A DNA stretch of 64,000 bases from an uncultured Isosphaeraceae bacterium (GCA_964523675.1 CAZFZT010000001.1:4450-68449), one strand, 5' to 3'; positions 38,342 through 48,250 are shown, numbered from the stretch's first letter. The notes: generated from the sequence alone by a model not told the origin. Numbers and translations: made by a program.

Positions 38342-39066
38342 ATCGCAACGGCGAGTCGATCGCTTGCGATGGAGATTGCCCCATCGTTGATATCGATGCC
38401 GATGTACCGCCGGGCCAGGTGCGCCGCTGCGACGAGCGTGGTGCCGCTGCCGCAGAAGGGATCGAGCACGAGTCCGCCGGGCGGGCAGCAGGCGCTGATG
38501 AGCAGTTCGAGCAGTGCAACTGGCTTCTGTGTTGGGTAGCCGCAACGCTCGCTTGCCATGTTATTGAGCGACGGAACATCGATGACGTCCGTCGCCTTCT
38601 TCATCATGCCCTTCATGCGTGCGCTTTGGGCGGGAACCATTGGCGGCTTGAACCAGTAGTCATCGGTCTTCGAGTAGAACAGGATGTCGTCATGCTTGCG
38701 CGCGAATCGACGTGGCGATGAACCGCCCAGGCCGTAGCGCCAGATGAGGTGGTTCACGAACTGTTCCGGGCCGAAGATCTCATCAAGCATTCGGCGAAGG
38801 TGATGGCAAGTGCGCCAATCGCAATGCAGGAGAATCGAGCCGGTGGGGGAGAGTACGCGATGAACCTGGCGAAGACGCGGCTCCATCATGTGGAGGTGTC
38901 CCTCCACGCCGTCCCATGAATCGGCATACGATCCGTTGCGGCCGGCCATGGTCCGCCCCGTATTGAAGGGCGGATCAAGATAGGCAAGATCAACGCATTG
39001 GTCGGGCACGCGCGATAGCGCATCAAGACAATCGCTGCACATGATCTGGTCGAGAAGTTGCTGCAC
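38299..39066 (-). CDS. Beta-class DNA methyltransferase (N6-adenine or N4-cytosine), orphan
   Basis: DPPF catalytic motif (LAYLDPPFNTG) placed before the SAM-binding motif (VLDPFCGSGTT), plus TQKP. No nuclease gene is adjacent. The last 14 aa (ELGVRSQELGVRS) are encoded by the heptamer array. Confidence 0.85.
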   Translation of the reverse strand: MQQLLDQIMCSDCLDALSRVPDQCVDLAYLDPPFNTGRTMAGRNGSYADSWDGVEGHLHMMEPRLRQVHRVLSPTGSILLHCDWRTCHHLRRMLDEIFGPEQFVNHLIWRYGLGGSSPRRFARKHDDILFYSKTDDYWFKPPMVPAQSARMKGMMKKATDVIDVPSLNNMASERCGYPTQKPVALLELLISACCPPGGLVLDPFCGSGTTLVAAAHLARRYIGIDINDGAISIASDRLAVAMELGVRSQELGVRS

Positions 39067-39090
39067 GATGGTGATGCGCTCGATGGGTGA

Positions 39091-40188
39091 TTAGGATGCG
39101 AACTCGCGCAGGATGCGTCGTTGCGCGTTGCTCATAGGAAGGTCGTCAATCTCATAGCGTTCTCTCCAAACGCCTGCGCGATTCGCTCTGGCCAGTGAAG
39201 CAGAATAGATGTGAAACGTGATGCGGCGGTGCGTGGTCTGGTAGTCGAAGCGGCCGCCATTCGAGAGCGAGTTTGCGTTGATCTTCATGCGCCGCGCCAG
39301 TTGCGCGATCGTCAGAGGTTCGCAACTCTCGATTGTCGGCACCTGCCACATCCCAGCCCAGAGGCCCGTGCGCGGCCTCTGTTCAAGAAGTAGTCGCGCA
39401 GGCGATGTGCGGCAGCGGATGATGATGGCGTGGTGGTGAACCTGGTACTGTGCGGCCGGCAATTTGGCCGGCGGAATGATGCCTTGCTCCCCGCGCGCCT
39501 TTGCAATGCAGTGCCGGGCAACGGGGCAACGGGTGCAGTCCGGCGCACGGGGCGTACACACGGTCGCGCCGAGTTCCATGAGCGCTTCGTTCAATACCGC
39601 CGGATTGGTTGCGGCCTTCACCATCTCTTGAGCCCTGGACCATGACCAGGTTGAACCCTCGCGGCCATTCGCGGCGTGGTGAACAGCATCAAGACGTGTG
39701 AGGACGCGATGGACGTTGCCATCCACGATCGGCTCCGCACGACCGAAGACAATTGATGCAATCGCACCGGCTGTGTATCTGCCGACCCCCGGCAGGGTCA
39801 TGAGATCGGCAGCGTCTTGTGGAACTCTGCCGCCGAATTTCTCCACGATGATCTGGGCAGCCCGATGGAGATGCCGTGCCCGCCGGTAGTATCCCAGCCC
39901 CTGCCACATGAGAAGAACCTGTTGCTCATCGGCGTGAGCGAGCGCAGCAGGCGTTGGGAACGCAGCCATGAAAGCGGTGAATCGATCAATCACCCGCGCC
40001 ACCTGGGTTTGCTGAAGCATCGCCTCTGCCACGAGCGCAGCCCAGGCGCATCGCTTGCCCCGCCGCGTGCGCCTCCACGGCAAATCACGCTGGTGCACGG
40101 TGAACCACGCGATGAGTTTCTCGGCAATGGCGCGATCGCGCGATGTACGTCGTGATCTGGTCGATGTGCTGCTTGCAGCGCGTTTCAC
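39091..40188 (-). CDS. mutY: A/G-specific adenine DNA glycosylase
   Basis: RDLPWRR, LQQTQV, GLGYYRRAR, HhH-GPD LPGVGRYTAGAI, Fe-S cluster CxxxxxxCxxCxxxxxC (CTPRAPDCTRCPVARHC), NUDIX-like C-terminal domain. GTG start at 40188. Confidence 0.9.
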   Translation of the reverse strand: MKRAASSTSTRSRRTSRDRAIAEKLIAWFTVHQRDLPWRRTRRGKRCAWAALVAEAMLQQTQVARVIDRFTAFMAAFPTPAALAHADEQQVLLMWQGLGYYRRARHLHRAAQIIVEKFGGRVPQDAADLMTLPGVGRYTAGAIASIVFGRAEPIVDGNVHRVLTRLDAVHHAANGREGSTWSWSRAQEMVKAATNPAVLNEALMELGATVCTPRAPDCTRCPVARHCIAKARGEQGIIPPAKLPAAQYQVHHHAIIIRCRTSPARLLLEQRPRTGLWAGMWQVPTIESCEPLTIAQLARRMKINANSLSNGGRFDYQTTHRRITFHIYSASLARANRAGVWRERYEIDDLPMSNAQRRILREFAS

Positions 40189-40455
40189 TCACTCCGCCTC
40201 CGCGAGAACGGCGGCAATCGCCGGCTTGACTCTGCTCCAGTCCGCGTCGGGAGACTTATTGACCGTGACCCAATCGCCGTTGAACAGTACAGTTGTCGCG
40301 CCGGCCCGCTCGAAAAGAGCCCGCGCGATGGGATCGTCCTCAGCCATCTGGGCATTGAGAAAACTACGCGGCACCTCGCTGATCGGCCGATTGAGCCAAC
40401 ACTTCACTGCGTTGGGGTTCGGCGTTGTCTCGAATTCGACGATGGTGAACGGCAT
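40189..40455 (-). CDS. Stand-alone Nfu/NifU N-terminal-domain-like protein (88 aa)
   Basis: MPFTIVEFETTPNPNAVKCWL... fits the Nfu_N pattern (..PNPN..KF..). Its stop codon (40189-40191) abuts the mutY GTG. Confidence 0.65.
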   Translation of the reverse strand: MPFTIVEFETTPNPNAVKCWLNRPISEVPRSFLNAQMAEDDPIARALFERAGATTVLFNGDWVTVNKSPDADWSRVKPAIAAVLAEAE

Positions 40456-40562
40456 GACAGATGATATGGTGAGACGATGAGGCGGTGGCTGGTCTCGATC
40501 AACATCAATGCGGTTCATGTGCCACAGCATCACGTCCGTCGCATCACACTTATCATTCAGCC

Positions 40563-41633
40563 GTGTCCGCACCCTCCGAACATTTCCTGCCGCGCCTCAT
40601 GGCGGGGATGCCGCGCGCTGCGACGACGTGGTTGTGCCGATGCTTCAATGAGCATCCGGATACTGCGTCGTTTGGTGAGACGTTGTATTGGGGTCGTGGA
40701 TACGTGGAGCCGCGCGGCGAAGGCGGCCGGTACACACCCGAGCAGGTCGACGCGGTGTTGGCCCGCCTCAAGGGCGGCGAGTGCATTACATCGGTCATAG
40801 GGGCACGTGCCGGTTCGCTTCGCAACATCACGCGCGACACTTTGCCGGGGGTTCTCGATCGCATGCGTGAGGAACTGCCAGAGCGGCCGACGGCGGGTGA
40901 GTTGTTCGTCGGCGTGTGTCGAGCGATCGGCCGCGCGGAAGGCAAATCGATCGTGGTCGAGAAGACGCCGCACCACATCAACTGGCTCGATCGCATCATG
41001 CAGCAGATGCCGGGCGTCAAGATCGTTGTGCTGCTGCGCGAGCCGTACTCGTTCATGCTTTCATACAAACATCAGGGCGACCGCAAGCGTGAGCACGTTC
41101 GCCGGCACTTTGCGCTGCGGTATCACCCGCTGGCCTGCGCTCTTGTTTGGCGGGCTTGCATGAAGGCGGCGGAGGCGGCGGAGGCCCGTTATCCCGCGCA
41201 GTTTCTGGTCGTGCAGAATGACGACATCCGTAAGAATCCGGGGTCGGTGCTCGATCGTGTGCAGGAGTTCTATGACTTGCCGACGCATGTACCGGGATGT
41301 CAGATTGCAGAGAAGGTCAAGCCGGAGAACACGAGCTTTCCATCGCAGGAAGGACACGACGCAGCCCGGCCGGAGTTGTGCGCTGAGGATGTCTTTTGGA
41401 TGAACCTGATCGGCGGGCGCACGATGGCGCGGTCCGGTTACATCAAGCGAAGCGTTCCGCGTGAACCGATACGGATCGCATGGTCAATCGCTCGACTGCC
41501 CGTGTGGGCTATTCGGAACTTCTTCAGTCTGCGGCGGCGCGTCGGCGGATCGATCGTCGCCTACCTCTGGCGATGGGTGGCGACGCCTCGCAGGGGTGTG
41601 CCGGTTCATGAAGAAGCGAACGCTCAAGGTTGA
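40563..41633 (+). CDS. Sulfotransferase family protein
   Basis: 5'-PSB-like loop MAGMPRAATTWL and 3'-PB-like region VVLLREPYSFMLSYKH. Probable GTG start at 40563 (ORF opens at 40485). Confidence 0.7.
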   Translation: MSAPSEHFLPRLMAGMPRAATTWLCRCFNEHPDTASFGETLYWGRGYVEPRGEGGRYTPEQVDAVLARLKGGECITSVIGARAGSLRNITRDTLPGVLDRMREELPERPTAGELFVGVCRAIGRAEGKSIVVEKTPHHINWLDRIMQQMPGVKIVVLLREPYSFMLSYKHQGDRKREHVRRHFALRYHPLACALVWRACMKAAEAAEARYPAQFLVVQNDDIRKNPGSVLDRVQEFYDLPTHVPGCQIAEKVKPENTSFPSQEGHDAARPELCAEDVFWMNLIGGRTMARSGYIKRSVPREPIRIAWSIARLPVWAIRNFFSLRRRVGGSIVAYLWRWVATPRRGVPVHEEANAQG

Positions 41634-42991
41634 ATGATTTGCCGGTGATGATGACGCACGACGCACGAAACAGTTCAATCGATCGGTCGAGCATGGCTCT
41701 ACCATGGTTTGCACTTGCGATGCTGATAGTCATCGTTGCGGGGCTTGCGCTGCGCTACGGCACGAACATTCTCGATTACCCCGATGTGCGCGATGAACTG
41801 CTGATGAAGCGGCCGATCGACGGCATCGTCCAGAGTGGCTGGAATGTTGACACAGCGATCAACTACCAGGAAGTCAAGGGGCCGGCGTTCTTCTGGCCTT
41901 ACGCGGCCGGGGCACAGATGATCGGTAATGAGATGAATGATCTGCGGCTCATCTCGATGTTGTTTTTCATCGGCGGCGCGATTCCGCTGCTGCTTATTGC
42001 GATGCGGTGCGGCGCGCGGAGTTGGATGCTGGCGTTGATCGCACTGCTCTATGTGCTTCTGCCATACAACGCGTGGGTCGCGCAGATGCTGATGAGCGAA
42101 CCGTCGTTCAATTTTTTCGGCCTGTGGATGATGTGGGCGTTCGTATGGGGACTTACGAGCGAGTCGGTCGTGGTCCGCCGATGCGCGCTGGCGCTCTTTA
42201 CGCTACTGCTTTCAACTCTGCTGCATCATCGCCCGCAGGGGATAGCGCTGGCTGGAGCGGCTGCACTCGTTGCCTTTGAGCGCGACGGGCTGCGCTCCTG
42301 GCCGTGGATTGCGGCTTGCATGATTGCGGGGCTGAGCCGTCTGCCGCTCTGGCTTCATTGGGGTGGCTTGGTGACGAGCGATTATCAGGGGCTCTTTGCC
42401 TTCGGTTTTCGACTCGATCCCATGACGTATCTGCTCGCCGCGGCGCTGCCGTTTACGGCGGCGTTCCTTTGGCCGGTGTTCAGCGAGCTGCGATATCGCA
42501 GCTGGAGGTGGTGGATGATCGGAGGGGGAGTCGCAGGGACGCTCTTTGGCTTCCTTTTCCCTCCCGACCTCTTTGCACGAGTTGAGTATCAACTTCTCAG
42601 CATGGAAGCAGCGGCAACACAGCCCATCTACATGGGCGTGATCGCGACAGGTGTCAAGTTGATGTTGCCCGGCGGCAAGGTGCAGCTTTTGATCATTGCC
42701 GCTCTAACAGGAACGGGCGTTATGTCGCTCATCGCCATGCTGGCGGTGACGTGGTCGCGCAGTGCGCTGCTAGGCGAGGGGGCGGTGTGCCGGCTGGGTT
42801 TCTGGATGCTGGCTGCGGGTTTGCCGCTTTACACCATCACGGCCGGTCCGGTTTATGACCGTTACCTCGCGGTGTGGGTCGTGCTGCTTCCGATCATCTG
42901 GGCGCGGACGCTGCCGCGCGGCGCGGTTCTGGCGCAACTTGCACTGATGAGCGCCATGTTCGTCTACTTTGTGTTCGAGAACCTGATGTAA
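41630..42991 (+). CDS. Polytopic membrane protein, GT-C (ArnT/PMT-like) glycosyltransferase fold suspected
   Basis: At least 10 hydrophobic helices. The first periplasmic loop carries acidic residues (DYPDVRDELL). 4-nt ATGA overlap with the sulfotransferase gene. Confidence 0.5.
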   Translation: MNDLPVMMTHDARNSSIDRSSMALPWFALAMLIVIVAGLALRYGTNILDYPDVRDELLMKRPIDGIVQSGWNVDTAINYQEVKGPAFFWPYAAGAQMIGNEMNDLRLISMLFFIGGAIPLLLIAMRCGARSWMLALIALLYVLLPYNAWVAQMLMSEPSFNFFGLWMMWAFVWGLTSESVVVRRCALALFTLLLSTLLHHRPQGIALAGAAALVAFERDGLRSWPWIAACMIAGLSRLPLWLHWGGLVTSDYQGLFAFGFRLDPMTYLLAAALPFTAAFLWPVFSELRYRSWRWWMIGGGVAGTLFGFLFPPDLFARVEYQLLSMEAAATQPIYMGVIATGVKLMLPGGKVQLLIIAALTGTGVMSLIAMLAVTWSRSALLGEGAVCRLGFWMLAAGLPLYTITAGPVYDRYLAVWVVLLPIIWARTLPRGAVLAQLALMSAMFVYFVFENLM

Positions 42992-42996
42992 ACCGG

Positions 42997-43395
42997 TCAC
43001 CCTGCCGAGCCGGGGTCGAAGGGCTTTGAGCGCACTTCCGTTGATGCGCAGTTCATCGACGCTGCGCTGGATGTGGCGTCCTTCGGTTCCGTCTCGATGC
43101 GCACCTCAAACGTCACAGGACCGATCGTGAGCCGGTCTGCATGGTTCAGGACGGCTTCGCGAACACGACTCCCATTGTGGAATGTTCCGCTATGCCGCGG
43201 ACCAGCGTCGAGGTCGGCGAGGCGTGGAACTCCGCGCTCGACGACGATCTCGCAGTGGCGCTCAGAGACGGATGGGACGGCGATGCGGACATTGCAGCGC
43301 GTCTCCCGGCCGATCGTGATCCGGTCGTTCACAGGGAACGGCCGCTCCTGCCCATTCGCAGATCTCATGACGAGCCAGATACCCATGAGAATCAC
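42997..43395 (-). CDS. FHA domain protein
   Basis: ITIGRETRCNVRIAVPSVSERHCEI...G.FHNGSRV......DRLTIGPVTFEV is a canonical FHA pattern. Confidence 0.8.
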   Translation of the reverse strand: MILMGIWLVMRSANGQERPFPVNDRITIGRETRCNVRIAVPSVSERHCEIVVERGVPRLADLDAGPRHSGTFHNGSRVREAVLNHADRLTIGPVTFEVRIETEPKDATSSAASMNCASTEVRSKPFDPGSAG

Positions 43396-43397
43396 CT

Positions 43398-44741
43398 TTG
43401 ACGCATGCTGCCCTGGCTATGATCTGCATTCATTCATCAGTCCCGATGGGCCCGGCGGCCCAATACTCCGGGAACCTTCACGTGCCTTGCCAGAGTCGCA
43501 TCCAGATTACCACACCTAGGGCTGGCTTCCAACAAGGAAACCGCCCGATAACTGCGCGGGAGCTCTTCAAAGGGCCTTTGGAGGCCCCTGCGGGCGGTGG
43601 AGGCGCTCCGGCGGTCAAGCTGGGGTGGTATCTGCACGTGCCGTTTTGCTTCCACAAATGTCATTACTGCGACTTCTACAGCATCGTGGATTCCCGGGAC
43701 CGGCAAGCATCGTTTACGGGCAGACTGATCGAGGAGATTGAGGCGTTCTCCACTTTCCATCCCCAAATCGTCCCCCACCCCAGCACCATTTTTGTCGGAG
43801 GCGGCACCCCGACGCTGCTTAGAATCGACCTGTGGGAACGGCTGCTGGCGGCTCTCGCGCCTTGGGCGGGAGAGGGAATCGAATTCACCGTGGAAGCCAA
43901 CCCCGAGACCGTCACGCCTGAGCTGGCGAAGACGCTCGCGGCTGGCGGCGTCAATCGGGTGTCGATCGGCGCGCAGTCGTTCAATCCGATACACCTCAAG
44001 ACGCTTGAACGCTGGCATGATCCCGCCAACGTCGGCCGGGCCGTTGAGTGGTTCCGCGGAGCTGGCATCGCTCGAGTCAATCTTGATCTCATCTTCGGCA
44101 TCCCCGGCCAAACGCTCGATGACTGGTGGGCTGACCTTGATGCGGCTCTTGCACTCGCGCCTGCGCATCTCAGCTGCTATGGCTTGATGTATGAGCCGAA
44201 TACCGCGCTGACTGCTCGGATGCGTGCCGGGTCCGTGCAGCCAATCGACGATGATGTGGAAGCAGCAATGTATGAACTGACGATTGATGCACTTGCGGCC
44301 CACGGTTATGAACATTATGAAATCAGCGCGTGGGCGAAACCAGGTGAGCAGTGCAATCACAACCTGCTGTACTGGACGAACGCGAATTGGTGGCCGTTTG
44401 GCCCCAGTGCTTCAGGCCATTGGAATGGAACGCGCTGGAAGAATGTGGCTCGCCTTGGAGAGTACATCGAGTCACGCGATCTGCCGCCGATCACGGAGGT
44501 TGAGCAGGTCGATGCGGATGTACGAGTGGGGGAGGAGTTGATGCTGTCGCTGCGCTTGATCAAGGGAATCGAGCGCGAGCGGTATCAACATCTGCTTGCA
44601 CAAGGCAGGCGTGGTGAAGCGCGCGACATCGCGGTTCGCCAGGCAATTGATCGCGGCCACCTTGTATGGGCGAATGACTGCTTGCGGCTCACGCGGGACG
44701 GCTTGATGCTTGCCGATGAGGTCATCAGCGAGCTGCTATGA
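43398..44741 (+). CDS. hemW: Radical SAM HemN-family protein (heme chaperone HemW-like)
   Basis: YLHVPFCFHKCHYCDF cluster motif, TIFVGGGTPT, SIGAQSF. The start is uncertain (ATG 43398, 43419 or 43446). Confidence 0.85.
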   Translation: MTHAALAMICIHSSVPMGPAAQYSGNLHVPCQSRIQITTPRAGFQQGNRPITARELFKGPLEAPAGGGGAPAVKLGWYLHVPFCFHKCHYCDFYSIVDSRDRQASFTGRLIEEIEAFSTFHPQIVPHPSTIFVGGGTPTLLRIDLWERLLAALAPWAGEGIEFTVEANPETVTPELAKTLAAGGVNRVSIGAQSFNPIHLKTLERWHDPANVGRAVEWFRGAGIARVNLDLIFGIPGQTLDDWWADLDAALALAPAHLSCYGLMYEPNTALTARMRAGSVQPIDDDVEAAMYELTIDALAAHGYEHYEISAWAKPGEQCNHNLLYWTNANWWPFGPSASGHWNGTRWKNVARLGEYIESRDLPPITEVEQVDADVRVGEELMLSLRLIKGIERERYQHLLAQGRRGEARDIAVRQAIDRGHLVWANDCLRLTRDGLMLADEVISELL

Positions 44742-44788
44742 CAGTCCAGCGTCGAGCGGCATCACGGCGGAGCGATTCAGGCCGACGA

Positions 44789-45241
44789 CTACAACTCGAT
44801 TGATGGCGTGCCGGTTTCACCGGCGGCGGCTCCCACCGCCTGTCGTGCTTGCTGCTCTGCAACAAGTTGCGATATCTGCACGAAGCGGGATCGCAACTCC
44901 GCGAGCAGTTGCTTGATTTCTTCCGCCTCATCCTTCTCCAGATTGCCCTTGGTCTTCTCTTCAAGCACCGCCAGCAGATCAATGCTGAACCTCGCGCCTT
45001 CGAGATCGACGACGGCCCGACCGGTCTTGGGGTCGGCATAGGCGCCTAGACCCATGATGGCCTGCGAAGCCAGAACGCTCACCAGAGTGCGAAAGTTCGC
45101 TTCGGGTAGGCCGTGTTCGCCGGCAGCGGTCTGCTGAGCGGCTTTCTGCTGCTCCTGAGCCGCCAACCGCTCCTTCTCGGCCTGTGCCTGGGCCTTCCAG
45201 TCGCTGTCGATGTGAAGTTTTGGCGTTTCATCCTGTGTCAT
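44789..45241 (-). CDS. DUF1844-like protein
   Basis: LPEANFRTLVSVLASQAIMGLG...DLEGARFSIDLLAVLEEKTKGNL follows the DUF1844 pattern. Confidence 0.65.
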   Translation of the reverse strand: MTQDETPKLHIDSDWKAQAQAEKERLAAQEQQKAAQQTAAGEHGLPEANFRTLVSVLASQAIMGLGAYADPKTGRAVVDLEGARFSIDLLAVLEEKTKGNLEKDEAEEIKQLLAELRSRFVQISQLVAEQQARQAVGAAAGETGTPSIEL

Positions 45242-45445
45242 GGTCTTCCTTTGCAGCTGTGGCGCCGAATTTGACGAAGCAGCAATCTGCCCATTGTGTT
45301 CTCATTCAGCGTGAGCGCCGGTTCTTCGACGAAGCACATCGAGCATAAGCCCTCAACCGGCCGCCTCCGAGTATAGCGCCGCGATGTGGTACAATCCGCA
45401 GCGCCCCTGCTTGGTTTTTCAGTTGAAAATGCACCGCGAACTGTG

Positions 45446-46741
45446 ATGACCGCACCAGCCCCTTCAGTGAACGCCGCAGCCGTGTCGGTCTGCACTTTCT
45501 TCTTTGCGACGATGATGGTCGGCTGCGCGGTATATGAGACCGTCCTGCCGAACAATGCGACGAGGCGGATCGCTCTCGCAGAGTTTGCGCAGGTGAACGT
45601 TGACGCTGAAACGACGAACGAGCATTCAATCGCTGGCGTTAAGCAAGGCAGTGATTCTTCGCCGAATGCGATTGTTTCGGAGCCCGTCGAGAGCGAACAG
45701 TCGGAATCGTCGGAGGCGGTGTCAGGCGCGCCTCAGGACCGCTCACGTCTAGCGGCGCTTGAGCCAGGGCAGGTGTACATCGTCGATAGTCTGGTCGGGC
45801 AGATTAACGGCAGGCCGGTCTACGCTGATCAGTTCTTTGGGCCACTTGAGAACCAGCTCATTGAAGAGCGCCGGCGCTTGAGTGATATCGCCTTTCGCGA
45901 CCGAGCTTGGGAAATCATCGTGACGCATCTGCGTACGCTCATTGAAGATGAGCTCTTTCTCGCTGAAGCGCAGGCGTCGCTCAAGCCGGAAGAGAGGCAA
46001 GGTCTCTTTGCCTTTATGCGCTACATGCGTGAACGCACCATCGCGATGGGTGGCGGCACCCTCTCGGGGGCACAGCAGCGACTGGAAGAGATGGGCGAGG
46101 TGACGACGATCGATCAATACGTTCGCGGTCGGCTTGATGAGGAGCTGATACGGCGACTGCTTCATGAAAAGATCATGCCGCGCGTGATTGTGTCATGGAA
46201 AGATGTCGAGCGCGAGTACCGTCGCCGCGAACTCGAATTCAATCCTCCACCCACTATTCACCTCTCACGAATCCGCGTCTCCAACGATGACCAGGAGATG
46301 ATCGGGCGCGTCAAGTCGATGCTTGAGGCGGACGAGCCGTTCTCGCAGATTGCTCAAAGCATCGGCCAAGGCGACGGCACATGGCAGTCGTTCACCGTTG
46401 GTCCGGAGGGCTTCCACGACATTGCCATCAGTGATGCAATCAAGCCGTACCTGCAGGGGTTGAAGGTCGGCGACACGACGGAACCGATTGTCCTCGCAAG
46501 TACGACAATGTGGCTTCACCTTGCACAGTTCGAGCAGACCCGGCGCGATTTATACGATCTGGAAGTACAGCGAACGCTGCTCAGGCACCTGCACAATCTG
46601 CGATTTCATACTGAACAGACGCGCTACATGGAGTCTCTACTTGAGGACCGCGTTACCAGCGATCTTACGGTGATGGCACGGCGTCTGCTCGAAGTCGCGC
46701 TTCAGCGCTACGGCGGCCCAATGGCGGAGCAAACCGAGTGA
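45446..46741 (+). CDS. SurA-like periplasmic chaperone / parvulin-type PPIase lipoprotein
   Basis: Lipobox-like FFFATMMVGC, SurA_N-like helical region, C-terminal parvulin-like segment (IHLSRIRV....MLEADEPFSQIAQ...). An extended -10 (TGGTACAAT) lies upstream near 45388. Confidence 0.55.
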   Translation: MTAPAPSVNAAAVSVCTFFFATMMVGCAVYETVLPNNATRRIALAEFAQVNVDAETTNEHSIAGVKQGSDSSPNAIVSEPVESEQSESSEAVSGAPQDRSRLAALEPGQVYIVDSLVGQINGRPVYADQFFGPLENQLIEERRRLSDIAFRDRAWEIIVTHLRTLIEDELFLAEAQASLKPEERQGLFAFMRYMRERTIAMGGGTLSGAQQRLEEMGEVTTIDQYVRGRLDEELIRRLLHEKIMPRVIVSWKDVEREYRRRELEFNPPPTIHLSRIRVSNDDQEMIGRVKSMLEADEPFSQIAQSIGQGDGTWQSFTVGPEGFHDIAISDAIKPYLQGLKVGDTTEPIVLASTTMWLHLAQFEQTRRDLYDLEVQRTLLRHLHNLRFHTEQTRYMESLLEDRVTSDLTVMARRLLEVALQRYGGPMAEQTE

Positions 46742-47148
46742 GGTGGATGCGGGGCATTGCGGATCTGCTGGGGCGAGGGGGCAATCTGCCGCTTGGAGCG
46801 CGGGGTGAACGGGAGGCGGAGCGATGGCTGCGCACGCGCGGCTACCGCATTCTTGCACGTAATCTGCAATCCGTCAGCGATGAAATTGATCTGCTTGCGC
46901 TTGATCCGGATGGTGAGACGCTTGTCGTTGTCGAAGTCAAGACGCGCGGCGACACTGCTCATGGATTGCCTGAAGAGCAGGTAGGTTTCAGGAAGCAGAA
47001 GCGGTTGGCGCGGATTGCATCTCGCCTACAACAGACGAGGCGCTATCGTGGAAAACCCCTTCGCTTCGATGTAGTGGCGATCATCTGGCCGGATGGCGAA
47101 GAGGCGAAAGTGAAGCACATTCCTTCCGCGTTTGAATCGCCGATTTGA
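46738..47148 (+). CDS. yraN: YraN-family (UPF0102) endonuclease-like protein
   Basis: GEREAERWLRTRGYRILARN.....EIDLLALD.....VVVEVKTR is the PD-(D/E)xK pattern of UPF0102. Confidence 0.85.
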   Translation: MRWMRGIADLLGRGGNLPLGARGEREAERWLRTRGYRILARNLQSVSDEIDLLALDPDGETLVVVEVKTRGDTAHGLPEEQVGFRKQKRLARIASRLQQTRRYRGKPLRFDVVAIIWPDGEEAKVKHIPSAFESPI

Positions 47149-47212
47149 GAGATGGGCCTGACGGGGAACGCTCCGCTGCGCGTTGCGGCCAAACGGGGAA
47201 CATGGAGCCCAT

Positions 47213-48250
47213 TTACAGCGCATCGGCATCGACGCGCGAGAGGACGAAGTCGAGGCGATTCACGCGCTGATTGAGATTGCCGTGAAAGCGCTTCGGTGGC
47301 TCGGTGCTACGCGGCCACATGTATCGCCATGGCCAGTAGTTGTTGCAGACTTCATAGATGTTGAAGCCGGACTCGACGAGCGGCGCAAGCACATCGCGCG
47401 GCGTCTTCTCTCGGTCGCTCCACCATGCCGGCGACAGTTCCACGAGAATCTCAACATCCTGCCGCAAGCGATCAAGACTCTTCGCAAGTCCCGATAGCAC
47501 CGCATCTTCGCCCCCTTCGACGTCAATCTTGATAAGCCGGGCGCGGCTCAGGCACTCATCGCCGACCAGCTCGTGCAGCGGCGCTGCTTCGATCGTGCCA
47601 TCCGATTTCATGCCGCGGTGCTGGCACGTGCTGGTGAGGCCGAGATTATGTGATGGTCCGCGATAGAGGTCGATCGTCGCAACGCGGTCGGAAGCGGCCT
47701 TGTTAATGAGGCGCATGTTGCCGGGCGTCTCATTGAGCGCCGCGTTGCGCTGCAACTGTGCGAAGATACGTGGCGACGCCTCGATAGAGATGACGTGCCC
47801 GTTCTCACCCACCTGTTCCGATGCCATGAACGAGAAGTAGCCGACGTTCGCGCCGACATCGATGAAGACGTCGCCCGGCTGGAGACGCCGGCGAAGAAAC
47901 GCCGCAACATCCGGCTCCCATGCGCCAAACAAATACAAGTACGTCTGAATCATGTCTGGCAGGTGACACTCAAGCTGATGGCCCGAAGTCGTCTCGGCTA
48001 GCGTTCTCACCGGTCCGCGCAGCAACGTGCGCAGTCGCATGTATGCCCACCACGGCGAAAAGATAACGACGAGTACGGTCCCCAGCACCAACTTGAGCAG
48101 CGCCGGCGTCTCGCGCCGCTTCGTCTGCAGCGCGCGGATCAATCGCCGACACACTGCATGCAGCGGTCTGGAGCGAAGTGCAGCGAGATTCGGATCACTA
48201 TCAAGCTGCTCGCGCCCGAGTTCGGCCGTGTTCTTCGGTCGATTCATCAC
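47213..48250 (-). CDS. FkbM-family SAM-dependent methyltransferase with an N-terminal TM helix
   Basis: VFIDVGANVGYFS, VISIEASP, LIKIDVEGGE. N-terminal helix LLKLVLGTVLVVIFSPWWAY. Confidence 0.8.
   Translation of the reverse strand: MMNRPKNTAELGREQLDSDPNLAALRSRPLHAVCRRLIRALQTKRRETPALLKLVLGTVLVVIFSPWWAYMRLRTLLRGPVRTLAETTSGHQLECHLPDMIQTYLYLFGAWEPDVAAFLRRRLQPGDVFIDVGANVGYFSFMASEQVGENGHVISIEASPRIFAQLQRNAALNETPGNMRLINKAASDRVATIDLYRGPSHNLGLTSTCQHRGMKSDGTIEAAPLHELVGDECLSRARLIKIDVEGGEDAVLSGLAKSLDRLRQDVEILVELSPAWWSDREKTPRDVLAPLVESGFNIYEVCNNYWPWRYMWPRSTEPPKRFHGNLNQRVNRLDFVLSRVDADAL

Noticed and set aside
47149-47212. Direct repeat ACGGGGAAC (x2) and short ATGGGC/GCCCAT inverted repeat between yraN and the FkbM gene
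   Set aside because: The matches are very short (9 and 6 nt) in a GC-rich convergent spacer and are compatible with chance.
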